From the IMG/VR virus record IMGVR_UViG_3300044506_000026, positions 1-24,510 of that record: DNA of 24,510 bases. The stretch is one strand, 5' to 3'. Below are positions 6,511-14,989 of this stretch, piece by piece (the first letter of the stretch is position 1; every line of letters starts with the position of its first letter). Source of the stretch: a virus (lineage: Duplodnaviria > Caudoviricetes). A program made the position numbers and the translations under genes. The notes beneath the pieces are model-generated. The model searched no databases, had not been told where the DNA came from, and was given only the letters and a program-made list of their open reading frames with translations.

Positions 6511-9500
6511 CTAGGCGGGCATCAGGGCACACCGGCAGTGCGGATGCTGTGGCGGGTAGGCGGGGCCGCCCGGGTAGGGCTGGCCGATCGGGATCGGCCC
6601 GGCGTCGGCGTTCGCCTGGCAGGCCGGGCAGACCTTGCGGTCCTGTTCGGTGACCCACCGGCCGTGCGTGATGAGCCGGGCCTGGTAGGCGCCGACGGCG
6701 GCTTGGCTGGACCCGCGGGTGATCTCAGTGAGCGCGACAGCGAGTGCCCGACCCGGGTCGGCAAGCGTGTCGACGAGGGTGTGGGCGATGGTGACGATGC
6801 TGTCGCCTGCGAGGACCCCGACGGCGAGTGCGCGGGCAAGGTCGGTGACACGAGCGTGGGCGATGCCTTGAGCGGTTTCGTCGGCCTGGTCGGTGAGTTC
6901 GACCAGACCGGTGGTGGCACCAAGTTGCTCGAGCTGCTCGCGGGCCGCGGCGGTGTCGCCGGGCTGCCAGTGGCCGGTGTCGGGGTTGGTGTGGTCGGCG
7001 GTGGCGATCGCCGCTGCGCTGCCGATCAGGAACGCGTCGGTGTACAGCGCCGTCAAGGCGTCGGCGATCGGCTGCGCGAGGTTGAGGCCTTGGGCGGCGA
7101 GCCACGCCGCGGCCGCCTCGACGACAGCCTTGCGGTCGGTCTGCTCCGGGTCGTGCTGGTTCAGGTAGGAGCGGACCAGGTCGGTTGCCTGCTGGACAGT
7201 GAAGGCCGTAGCGGTGGCAGCGGCGATGCGCGGCGCCCAGTGGTGGGCGGCGCGCATGTCCATCTGCCAGCCGTGCCAGGTGTCAGCGGCTGGCCCGTCG
7301 GCTTTTGGGCCGTCATCACCAGACTTCGCGAGCCCCGCGCCGGTGCAGCCGAAGGCTTCGAGGACGGTATCGATGTCAGCGATGAGCTCCGGCCTCACGG
7401 CAGGGTTCCCCGGTAGCTGCGCCGGGTCCCACCAGGCGATCGCCTCTACCTGGTCGCCGTCCGGGTCGTCCGGATTCGTGATCTCCCGACCGCCGTTGAC
7501 CGGCACGCAGTCCTCGGACGGAACCGTCCAGACGATGCCCTGGTAGATGCCGCTGGCCCACGTACCGCTCTGGACGCCCGGTGGCGGGATGCATCCTGTC
7601 TCCTCGGACCACTCCCGCCACGCGCCCATGAGCGGTGACTCGGTGCCTTCGAGATGGCCGCCAGGGAATTCCCAGCAGCCAGCGGCGGGATCGTCCGGGT
7701 CCAACGCCCGCTGCAGCATCAGCACCCGGCCCGTGTCCTCCGCGCGGACCGCGAGGCCGGCGACGGCGATCTCGCCGGCTGCCTTGCGGACTGCGGCTCG
7801 GCCGCCCTGGTTGAGACGCCGAGCGCGGACAGGGTCGACGGCCCGGAACTCGAAGTCGTGCCAGACGCCCTTCCGGCGACGGCCTTTGACGAAGGACCGG
7901 AACGCTGCCATCTCCGACTTCGCGAGCTGCGCCCGATCCTCGTCGTCCTCATCGTCCTCGTCCTCGCGCTGGCCGACGAGGTCGTAGGAGGTGACGCCCG
8001 TCGCCGTGGTGATCCCGGCGGCTGGCGCGCCGTCCTTCGCTACCGGAGCGCCCGTGGCGTCCGACGGCTGCATGACGGGCTGCGGCGGCGGGGCCAGGGG
8101 CATCGCGGACGCGCCGAACTCCTGCTCCGCGAGCGACATCACCTTGATCGGCGGGTTCGGAAGGACACCTTCCACACCACCGAACACGGTGTGCGGCAGC
8201 GGCTCCCCTGGTTCGGGAGCGGCGGTCGCCTCATCGACCGGGCCGGCGACCGCGTACAGCGACGACAGCGGGATCGGGCCGGAGCGGGTGGTGTAGATGA
8301 AGCGCGGCATCGGCTGGCCATCGGGCTCGGGCAGGCCGTAGCGCATCTCGCGGATGTCACTGCCGCCGATGACTCCGAGCTCCATGTAGATCTTGTCGGC
8401 CTGGGCCTGCTGCAGCCGGTCGGCCTGCTCCTCGCCGAGGTCGAACGCGAACTGCAAGGGCAGCCCGAGGTCGTCCTGGAGGAAGGCGGTGAGGATCGTC
8501 TGAATGTGCCGGATCAGCGGGAGATCGCCGACGCGGTGCTGAACGTCGGCCTGTGACTCGCCCGAGGACCGGTTGACGTTCTCGGTGAAACCGAGGTCGC
8601 TGGGCACGACGTGGTACGCCGCGCAGGTCTTCCGCATCAGGAACAAGCTGAAGTGGTCAGAGAAGTCCTTCTCGTTGGACCACTCGATACCCGACCCGCC
8701 AGGCAGCCACTTGATCTGCGACTTGACGGCCTGGTCGCCGAGCATGAAAGCGTCCCAGTATTCCTGGAACTGCTCGATCTGCTGCGGCGTCCACGTCTCT
8801 GGCGCCGATGCGAACGCGGCCGGAATGTTCCCCTCGGTGAACCGCTCCAAGAAATACTGCTGGAACCGCAGATCCGTGTTGGCGTTGAGAAGAATCGACT
8901 CCAACGGGGCGTGCCCGTACGGGGAATTCGCGCGCATCCGGAACGGCACGTACACGAGGTCGCCGCGGGTCAGCCAGTTCCACGGCAGACCGTTGACGTA
9001 CTGCACGTACGCCTCGGCCGGCTCCTCAGGGGAGTTACCCCAGTAGTCGAGAAGCGGCGCGATGCTCGTACCGTCAACCACGCGCAGGCCGACCGCGTCA
9101 CCGCGGCGGTTCCGCAGCCGGTACAGGGTGCCGGCGTCGTAGGCGAGGATGTCGTACAGCCACTGGGCGAGCCACACCGAGAACGGCTGCTGCCGGTCGG
9201 GCTTGGCGAGGGCCTTCATGCCGACCTGGATGTGGTCGGTGGTGTCGCCGCTGTGGCCCTTCGCGGCGATCAACGACCAGTCGAGGGACCGGATCGAGTC
9301 GATGCGGTGCCAGATGCACATCTGGGCGACGTCGTAGGCCTCGACGAGGCCGCGCAGGGTTTCGAACGCGACGCGCTCGTGGGTGCGGGGCCGGGTTGCG
9401 ATGTTGTAGCCGGTGACGAAGTTCTGGGACCGGGGGGTGCGGGAGAACCCGTCGTAGGGGCCGATTGGCTCGCCGGGGGAGAACGCGTTGGCGGGGGTCA

Positions 9501-9591
9501 TGCCGGAGGCGATCTCGCCCTGGCGCATCGCCGCAGGTTCGGTGTTGCCGAAGACCTTGCGGAGGTTGGCGAGGCGGTCTCGGACACCCAT
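6511..9591 (-). CDS. Portal protein fused to a Nudix hydrolase and a MuF/SPP1 gp7-like minor head domain, 1026 aa
   Basis: N-terminal ~430 aa are portal-like (YGHAPLE, F.EGNIP) and follow terL. Nudix box GHLEGTESPLMGAWREWSEETGC at 7659-7591. C-terminal W..EQDRKVCPAC...PPQHPHCRC is the MuF motif. Confidence 0.9.
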   Translation of the reverse strand: MGVRDRLANLRKVFGNTEPAAMRQGEIASGMTPANAFSPGEPIGPYDGFSRTPRSQNFVTGYNIATRPRTHERVAFETLRGLVEAYDVAQMCIWHRIDSIRSLDWSLIAAKGHSGDTTDHIQVGMKALAKPDRQQPFSVWLAQWLYDILAYDAGTLYRLRNRRGDAVGLRVVDGTSIAPLLDYWGNSPEEPAEAYVQYVNGLPWNWLTRGDLVYVPFRMRANSPYGHAPLESILLNANTDLRFQQYFLERFTEGNIPAAFASAPETWTPQQIEQFQEYWDAFMLGDQAVKSQIKWLPGGSGIEWSNEKDFSDHFSLFLMRKTCAAYHVVPSDLGFTENVNRSSGESQADVQHRVGDLPLIRHIQTILTAFLQDDLGLPLQFAFDLGEEQADRLQQAQADKIYMELGVIGGSDIREMRYGLPEPDGQPMPRFIYTTRSGPIPLSSLYAVAGPVDEATAAPEPGEPLPHTVFGGVEGVLPNPPIKVMSLAEQEFGASAMPLAPPPQPVMQPSDATGAPVAKDGAPAAGITTATGVTSYDLVGQREDEDDEDDEDRAQLAKSEMAAFRSFVKGRRRKGVWHDFEFRAVDPVRARRLNQGGRAAVRKAAGEIAVAGLAVRAEDTGRVLMLQRALDPDDPAAGCWEFPGGHLEGTESPLMGAWREWSEETGCIPPPGVQSGTWASGIYQGIVWTVPSEDCVPVNGGREITNPDDPDGDQVEAIAWWDPAQLPGNPAVRPELIADIDTVLEAFGCTGAGLAKSGDDGPKADGPAADTWHGWQMDMRAAHHWAPRIAAATATAFTVQQATDLVRSYLNQHDPEQTDRKAVVEAAAAWLAAQGLNLAQPIADALTALYTDAFLIGSAAAIATADHTNPDTGHWQPGDTAAAREQLEQLGATTGLVELTDQADETAQGIAHARVTDLARALAVGVLAGDSIVTIAHTLVDTLADPGRALAVALTEITRGSSQAAVGAYQARLITHGRWVTEQDRKVCPACQANADAGPIPIGQPYPGGPAYPPQHPHCRCALMPA

Positions 9592-9612
9592 GCGGCGCGA
9601 CCCCCTCTGCGG

Positions 9613-11304
9613 CTATCGGTGGTTCCGGTAGGCGGCGTCGCGGGCGCGTTTGCGTGCTGCGGCGGGGTCTTCGGTCTGTGGTTCGTCTGGCGTCGCGGTG
9701 GGTTCGACGGCTGTCGTCGGCGCGGCCTGCTGGGCGGCGGCCTCGGCCTTGCGGCGTACCCAGTTGATCCAGGCGGCGGCTCCGTTGCCGTCGAGGAGCA
9801 TGTGGGCGAGGGCCTGGCTGGTCGCATCGACCTGGTCGTCGTGGCTGCCGTGGGGGAACGCGGCGGCCTCGTCGATGAGCGGGTCCGGGTCGGCCAGGGC
9901 GATCCCTGTTTCGGGCAGGAAGACGTTGCCGGCCTCGATCAGCGGGGCGACCGCGTTGGCGCGGGCGTATTTCGACTCGGTCGGGGTCACGGCGATGATC
10001 CCCGGGATCTTCGACTTCAGGGTGTCGATGATCGCCGTGCCGTTGGCCTTGTCCTCGACGAGCTTGGTCGTGGCCTGCGGCCAGCGGGCGGCCAGCGCGG
10101 TGAACGCCGCGAGGGTGTCAGTGAAGCTGAGGCGCTTGTGGACCTGGTCGAGGAGGTACACGTTGGCGCCGCGCCGCGCCCACACCTGCCCGACCACGTA
10201 GTCACTGCTCTTGGTGTCCTTGAACGCCATGTCCCACGACATGACCAGCTCGTCGGCCTCGTCTACGAGGTACGCGTCTGGCACGGTCGGGTGCTGCGAC
10301 CACAGCGGCGTGAGGTAGCGACGCCACCACGGCCGCTGCCACACGTTTCCCGCATCGGGCGACGGACGCCCTTGGTAGAGGGCGTTGAACACGCGCGTGC
10401 CGGCCTGGATGCGGATCGCTTCCCACTCCTTGGCGGTGCGGCCACGGGCCGAGACGAGCCACTCGCCGGGCTGCCGGCCGAGCGCGTCGCTCTCGCCCTT
10501 GTTCGGGTCGTGGTCGGCGAGCGCGGGGATGTTGACGACCTGCCACCGGTGGCCGTCCTCGGCGGCGAGGAACCGGCCTGCGATGTCGTCCTCGTGCCAG
10601 CGGGTGAGGATGCAGATCACCGGGGCGCCGGGGGCGAGTCGGGTGGAGCCGACGGCCTGCCACCACGACCAGACCCGCTCGCGGTAGTAGGCGGACGCGG
10701 CCTGTTCCTTGTCGGCGAACGGGTCGTCGATGACCAGGGCGTCCAGCGGCCGGCCGGTGAGGCCGGAGCCGATGCCGACGCAGACGATGCCGCCGCGGTG
10801 CCCTGCGAGTTGCCAGCGTTTCGCGGAGCCGTAGTCGCGGGCGATGCGCAGGCCGATGTCGAAGGTGCCCTCGTCGCCGTCGTTGGAGACGATCCAGTTA
10901 CGGACTTCTCGGCCGAACGTTTCGGCGAGGGACTGGGAGTAGGAGACGATGCCGAGTCGGAGTTCGGGGTTGCGGGTGAGCGCCCACAGGGAGCCGACCT
11001 TGGTGACCCTGGAGCTTTTCCCTTCCTGTGGCGGCAGGGAGATGATCAGGCGGGCGCCGGGGGTGGTGTACGCCCGCATGATCTCCTGGTCGACCAGGTC
11101 GAGTGCGACGGTCTGTACGGTGCTGCCGTCGACGAGGGCCGCGAGGTCGCCGGGGGTGGTCCACTTCGGCCCGCGGGCGCGGCGGGCTTCCCGCCGCTGC
11201 TCGATCTCAGCGTGGAGATCCCTCAGCTGCTTCATCATCGCCAGCTTCGTCGCCAAAAGCGGCGAGCTGCTGTTCAGCGTCGACGATTGCCTGGTTGAGG
11301 GCAT
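9613..11304 (-). CDS. terL: Terminase large subunit (start uncertain, ~11235-11328)
   Basis: Walker A PPQEGKS, Walker B LVIDDP, coupling motif LTRWHEDD, nuclease motifs SWDMAFKD and HDDQVDA. Confidence 0.93.
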   Translation of the reverse strand: MPSTRQSSTLNSSSPLLATKLAMMKQLRDLHAEIEQRREARRARGPKWTTPGDLAALVDGSTVQTVALDLVDQEIMRAYTTPGARLIISLPPQEGKSSRVTKVGSLWALTRNPELRLGIVSYSQSLAETFGREVRNWIVSNDGDEGTFDIGLRIARDYGSAKRWQLAGHRGGIVCVGIGSGLTGRPLDALVIDDPFADKEQAASAYYRERVWSWWQAVGSTRLAPGAPVICILTRWHEDDIAGRFLAAEDGHRWQVVNIPALADHDPNKGESDALGRQPGEWLVSARGRTAKEWEAIRIQAGTRVFNALYQGRPSPDAGNVWQRPWWRRYLTPLWSQHPTVPDAYLVDEADELVMSWDMAFKDTKSSDYVVGQVWARRGANVYLLDQVHKRLSFTDTLAAFTALAARWPQATTKLVEDKANGTAIIDTLKSKIPGIIAVTPTESKYARANAVAPLIEAGNVFLPETGIALADPDPLIDEAAAFPHGSHDDQVDATSQALAHMLLDGNGAAAWINWVRRKAEAAAQQAAPTTAVEPTATPDEPQTEDPAAARKRARDAAYRNHR

Positions 11305-11743
11305 CGATCGTGAACACCCCCTCGACACGTTGCGGGGAGTCGAGCCCGCGGAGTTTGGCGACCTGCGCCGCGATCTTCAGGAGCCGGTCGGCGGCGGCGA
11401 GGTTCGGCCCGTGGTCAAGGAGGGGTTCCTGCGTGACCGGGTGGGTTGCGGTCTTTCCGGTCGTGACCGAGACATGGAAGTGGGGCTCGCGGAAGATCCG
11501 GTGGATCTCCTCGGCGAGGTACTCCAGTTCGCCGAGCTGTTCTTCGCGGTACACCTCGACGCTGGCGTCCTGCCGGGCGATGGACTCTTCGAGGGCTCGG
11601 GTGAAGTCCTTGCTGGCGGCGGTTGGGGACTTGTAGCCGAGCTCCTCGTAGATCTCCGAGTAGGGGATCTTCTTCCTGCGGTACTGGACGAGCTTGGCGC
11701 GGCGTGCGGCGATGGCTGCTCGTTCGGCTCGGGAGACTGGCAT
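11207..11743 (-). CDS. terS: Terminase small subunit (putative), 178 aa
   Basis: N-terminal HTH (YSEIYEELGYKSPTAASKDF) and helical body ending AKLRGLDSP. Directly upstream of and overlapping terL. Confidence 0.75.
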   Translation of the reverse strand: MPVSRAERAAIAARRAKLVQYRRKKIPYSEIYEELGYKSPTAASKDFTRALEESIARQDASVEVYREEQLGELEYLAEEIHRIFREPHFHVSVTTGKTATHPVTQEPLLDHGPNLAAADRLLKIAAQVAKLRGLDSPQRVEGVFTIDALNQAIVDAEQQLAAFGDEAGDDEAAEGSPR

Positions 11744-11761
11744 TGGGCCTCCTCTGCCCTG

Positions 11762-11935
11762 TCAGGGTGTGCTGGTCTGCTGGATGATCGGGTTGAGGGC
11801 AGTCGGGATCGCGAACACGGTGACGGGTTCGTTCTGCTTGCTGATGACGAAGGTCACGAAGTCCCGGGCGAGGTGGTGGCCCTCGGCGCGGAGCTGGTCG
11901 GTGAGGGCGTGGAGCTCGTCGAGGATCTTCGACAC
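11762..11935 (-). CDS. Small hypothetical protein, 57 aa (not in ORF track)
   Basis: AAGGAG then GTG; MSKILDELHALTDQLRAEGHHLARDF...; fills the gap between neighbours. Confidence 0.65.
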   Translation of the reverse strand: MSKILDELHALTDQLRAEGHHLARDFVTFVISKQNEPVTVFAIPTALNPIIQQTSTP

Positions 11936-11962
11936 GGGGTTCTCCTTGAGGGTGGGGGTGAG

Positions 11963-12304
11963 TCAGAGCTCGGGGTGTGCGCCGATTCGGGTGCCGTCGG
12001 CGCGGTGCCACTCGATGTGGTCGAGGACGGTGCTGTACTCGTGGGGACCGGTGCGCTCGGTGCGGAACACGGGTTCGGCGGTGACAGCTTCGGCGGGGGC
12101 GCCGGGGATGTGCACGTGGAGCTCGGAGGCCAGCCAGGGCAGTTCGGTTCGTCCGTAGATGCGGGTTCCGGGGCCGAGGAGGTCGAGGCTTTCGCGGAAC
12201 AGCGGCTCGGCTTGGGTGGAGACGCGGATGCGGACGGTGCGCCAGAACTCGGCGCGGGAGTTTCGCTTCGCGTTGATCCGGGCCTGGCCGGATGTCGGGA
12301 TCAC
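11963..12304 (-). CDS. Hypothetical protein, 113 aa
   Basis: GTGA overlap with the upstream stop; codon bias. Confidence 0.6.
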   Translation of the reverse strand: MIPTSGQARINAKRNSRAEFWRTVRIRVSTQAEPLFRESLDLLGPGTRIYGRTELPWLASELHVHIPGAPAEAVTAEPVFRTERTGPHEYSTVLDHIEWHRADGTRIGAHPEL

Positions 12305-12471
12305 TGGGTGTCGCCGTTGCAGCGCTTGCAAGGCAGCTTGCGGTGATGGGTGTCGCAGGTGTCGTTCCGAGCGGGCTCGTACCGGGGCGCGGGCCCGTTG
12401 TAGAACGCGTACTGACGGGCGAGCTTCCGGGATACGGCGCGCCGCTGGGATCGGGTGGGCAGGACGAGCAT
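12301..12471 (-). CDS. Small Cys/His protein, 56 aa
   Basis: GGAG RBS; C-terminal CDTHHRKLPCKRC. Confidence 0.55.
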   Translation of the reverse strand: MLVLPTRSQRRAVSRKLARQYAFYNGPAPRYEPARNDTCDTHHRKLPCKRCNGDTQ

Positions 12472-12494
12472 GAGGGTGCTCCGAGGGTGAGGGG

Positions 12495-12719
12495 TCAGCT
12501 GAGGGTGGCTGAGGGAGGGTCGGGGATGAACTCGGCCGGTACCGGCTGGGTGAGGCGGTCGGTGCGGCGTGCTCGGCATGGTGGTCCGTCGTGCCACCAG
12601 CGGGTCTCGCCGAGGAACGCTCGGCTGCCGCAGCGGGAGCAGGTGCCGGGGATCGGGTCCCAGTCGGGTTCGGGGGTGAACGGCGCGTCGAGAGCGCGGT
12701 GCGGGTTGTCCAGGGTCAC
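12495..12719 (-). CDS. Small Zn-finger-like protein, 74 aa
   Basis: GTGA overlap with the upstream stop; CSRCG...WWHDGPPC. Confidence 0.55.
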   Translation of the reverse strand: MTLDNPHRALDAPFTPEPDWDPIPGTCSRCGSRAFLGETRWWHDGPPCRARRTDRLTQPVPAEFIPDPPSATLS

Positions 12720-13150
12720 CAGGATCCAGACCAGTCGCCGGGCCCGTTCCACATCGCCTCAACCGTCGCCACGTTGAGGTGTTCGTCGCACAGCGGCGCG
12801 TTGAAGTGCATCGGCGGGATGTCGGCGCAGTTCTTCGTCGGCACGTCGCAGATCGAGCCGTCGGGCCGCGGTGCGCGGCATCCTGCCCAGTCGGTGTACT
12901 GGGAGTGCCCGAGCCGCAGCTTCCCGATGAGGACTTCCCGCATGTGCGCGTGCGCCTCGTCGGCGGTGTCGTGGCCGATGTTCTCCCATGCCGGGGAGGT
13001 GTCGCGGTGGTCGGCGGGGGTTTCGAGTATCTCCAGCCAGGGCTCGGAGCAGCACTCGGCGTACCGTCCTATGCGGTGGTTCCCGCCGGTGTAGATCCAC
13101 TTGCCGGTTCGGGGGCCGTGATCGATCTGTTGGACGGTGTGGTGCTGCAT
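12716..13150 (-). CDS. Cys/His-rich hypothetical protein, 144 aa
   Basis: AGGAGG RBS; MQHHTVQQ...CC...C...C...LCDEH. Confidence 0.7.
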   Translation of the reverse strand: MQHHTVQQIDHGPRTGKWIYTGGNHRIGRYAECCSEPWLEILETPADHRDTSPAWENIGHDTADEAHAHMREVLIGKLRLGHSQYTDWAGCRAPRPDGSICDVPTKNCADIPPMHFNAPLCDEHLNVATVEAMWNGPGDWSGSW

Positions 13151-13317
13151 CACGCCTCCTGGTGTGTCGCGGCGTGGATGGTGATCGGGGCGAGGTCTGG
13201 GGTGAGGGTGACCGGGAGTCGGTTGCTCTCGGCTTCGCCAAAGACGGCTTCGAGCGGAATAGTGATGGTCTCGCCGCACGTTGGGCAACCGACCTGGACG
13301 GAGTTGAGCGCGGCCAC
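13150..13317 (-). CDS. Small CxxC protein, 55 aa (not in ORF track)
   Basis: MAALNSVQVGCPTCGETITIPL...; coupled to both neighbours. Confidence 0.6.
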   Translation of the reverse strand: MAALNSVQVGCPTCGETITIPLEAVFGEAESNRLPVTLTPDLAPITIHAATHQEA

Positions 13318-13318
13318 G

Positions 13319-13429
13319 TCAGTCCCCTTCCGGTGTCTCGTTGGCCCATCGGAGTCCGCAGACGGTGGAGCAGAACTCGCCGTCGACGTCGTCGGGTACG
13401 GGGCGTCCGCACCACAGGCACTCGGCCAC
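13319..13429 (-). CDS. Tiny treble-clef Zn-finger protein (CxxC...FCSxxC), 36 aa
   Basis: GTG start gives MAECLWCGRPVPDDVDGEFCSTVCGLRW. Confidence 0.55.
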   Translation of the reverse strand: MAECLWCGRPVPDDVDGEFCSTVCGLRWANETPEGD

Positions 13430-13564
13430 GATCCACCGCCTTCGGTGTTCGCCGGGCCTGGCCGGGGACGGTAGGGCCAGGCCGGCGAACCCGGGCCCGC
13501 TCACCCTCGGAAGCGGGCCAGCCCTGCCGGGCAACAGCCGCACAGCAGGGAACTCAAGAGGCCG

Positions 13565-13792
13565 TCAGGCAGCCATCGGGTAGGAACGCCGGGCCTTCTC
13601 CCGCGTCGCCTTCTCCGCGCGAATCACATCGACAGCACGGAACAGCGGACGTCCCCGCCAGTCCGTACCGGCCTGCTCCAGACGGCCGCGGTACTTCCAG
13701 TTCCGCACCACGTTCGGCGACACCTGCGCCGCCTCAGCCGACTCCTCCACGGTCCACAAGGTGGTGGCCAGATCAACCGACAGATCAACCAC
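13565..13792 (-). CDS. MerR-like HTH DNA-binding protein, 75 aa
   Basis: WTVEESAEAAQVSPNVVRNWKYRGRL...GRPLFRAVDV; GGAGG RBS. Confidence 0.8.
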   Translation of the reverse strand: MVDLSVDLATTLWTVEESAEAAQVSPNVVRNWKYRGRLEQAGTDWRGRPLFRAVDVIRAEKATREKARRSYPMAA

Positions 13793-13816
13793 GACGACCT
13801 CCCCCTGAAACGCCGA

Positions 13817-13846
13817 CAGCCCCGAGCCGTTGGGGCGTCGGGGCTG
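13817..13846. other. 9-bp hairpin CAGCCCCGA/TCGGGGCTG in the leader of the HTH gene
   Basis: Perfect inverted repeat with AGCCCC/GGGGCT arms. Confidence 0.5.
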
Positions 13847-13907
13847 GAGAGAGCAAAAGCGGGCATGCCGAACCTGCGCCCAGGATCATGCATGATGCGA
13901 AAGAAAG

Positions 13908-14636
13908 TCAAGCAGCCCTCTTGACAGCCGTCCGGATCGCCCGGACGTAGTCCTCGTACTCGGCTTGTGTGAGGACCCGTCGACAGTCCGGGTCACGGCA
14001 TTCGATCATCCCGTCCTCGGGTGACGTCACGAGGTACGGGCCGTGGCAGCGCGGGCACGGGGCAAGACGCTGGACCTCGCGCAGGTCGTCCTGCTTGGTG
14101 AAGCGTTCGGCGGCGACGTACCAGCAGCGGATCTGCCAGGCAGGGTTGCCGCCCATGCCGCCGTGGGGCTCGTCGGCGAGGGGGTGATGTTCGAGGGCCC
14201 AGTCGAGGTGCGCGGTAAGGAAGGTGACGGAGGCGTTCACCGTGGTGCCTTCACTGCCGTATTCGGGCCGGGGGTTGAGGGCGCGGAGTTCGCGGATGTC
14301 GTCTTCGAGGGCGGTGAGCGCGCCGGTTATGTGGTCGGCGAGGATCCGGGCGTGCTGGCCGGGCCAGGCCGGGGTGGTGCTGCCGCTGGTGGTGGGGACG
14401 AGTTTGAGGGCGCTGCTGCCGAAGCGGCCGTTGCGGGCTTCGAGGCTGATGTCGACGAGGAGATAGGGGAGTGCTGCGAGTCGGGTGTGCGCGGTGGCCT
14501 GGCAGTTCGGGCAGTGGACGGGCTGGCCCCATGCGGGCTGGAGGTCGTGGGGTGTGCCGTGCTGATCGTATTCGGCTTGGGCGGTGCGCCACCGGTTGTT
14601 ATGGGTGCCTGGGCAAGGTGTCTGGGCGTGGCGCAT
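13908..14636 (-). CDS. Double Zn-finger protein, putative late-transcription regulator, 242 aa
   Basis: N-terminal CPG...HCPNC and C-terminal PCPRC...IECRDPDC. It occupies the slot before the packaging genes, so the function is inferred from position. Confidence 0.65.
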   Translation of the reverse strand: MRHAQTPCPGTHNNRWRTAQAEYDQHGTPHDLQPAWGQPVHCPNCQATAHTRLAALPYLLVDISLEARNGRFGSSALKLVPTTSGSTTPAWPGQHARILADHITGALTALEDDIRELRALNPRPEYGSEGTTVNASVTFLTAHLDWALEHHPLADEPHGGMGGNPAWQIRCWYVAAERFTKQDDLREVQRLAPCPRCHGPYLVTSPEDGMIECRDPDCRRVLTQAEYEDYVRAIRTAVKRAA

Positions 14637-14746
14637 TCAGGGCTCCCGGGTTGCTCTGGCTGATCAGTGCCCAGTGTTACAGGACCGTCTGCCGGGACGC
14701 GGTAAACGCAACGGCGCCCGCCCCGAGTTGGGTGGGCCGGTGCGAC

Positions 14747-14989
14747 TCAGGTGCCGTAGAAGCCGTCGAGTTGGACGTTGAGCTCTGCGAGGTCCGGGTG
14801 CTCGGCGATCTCTGAAGCCTCGGCCTCAGCGAGCGCGGCGACGAAGCGTCTCATGGCGGCGGTTGCCTCGATCGCGGTTGCGTTGAGTTCGTCGCGTGAG
14901 GCTGCCAGGCGGTAGGCCTGGGCGCGGAGGCGGTAGAGGGCGGCCCAGAACTGGTCGAGTTCTTCGGGCGTCATGTCGCCGTTCGCCAT
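14747..14989 (-). CDS. Hypothetical helical protein, 80 aa
   Basis: AAGGAGG RBS; MANGDMTPEELDQFW... Confidence 0.65.
   Translation of the reverse strand: MANGDMTPEELDQFWAALYRLRAQAYRLAASRDELNATAIEATAAMRRFVAALAEAEASEIAEHPDLAELNVQLDGFYGT

Noticed and set aside
7350-7770. Nudix domain as the equivalent of the pSAM2 Pif conjugal immunity factor
   Set aside because: Pif is a stand-alone Nudix protein. This domain is embedded in a late structural protein, and nothing beyond the Nudix box links them.
9613-11304. Intein or intron in terL
   Set aside because: Length is normal, motifs are contiguous, and there are no intein splice motifs.
13430-13564. tRNA gene in the structured gap
   Set aside because: No cloverleaf, T-loop consensus or acceptor stem.
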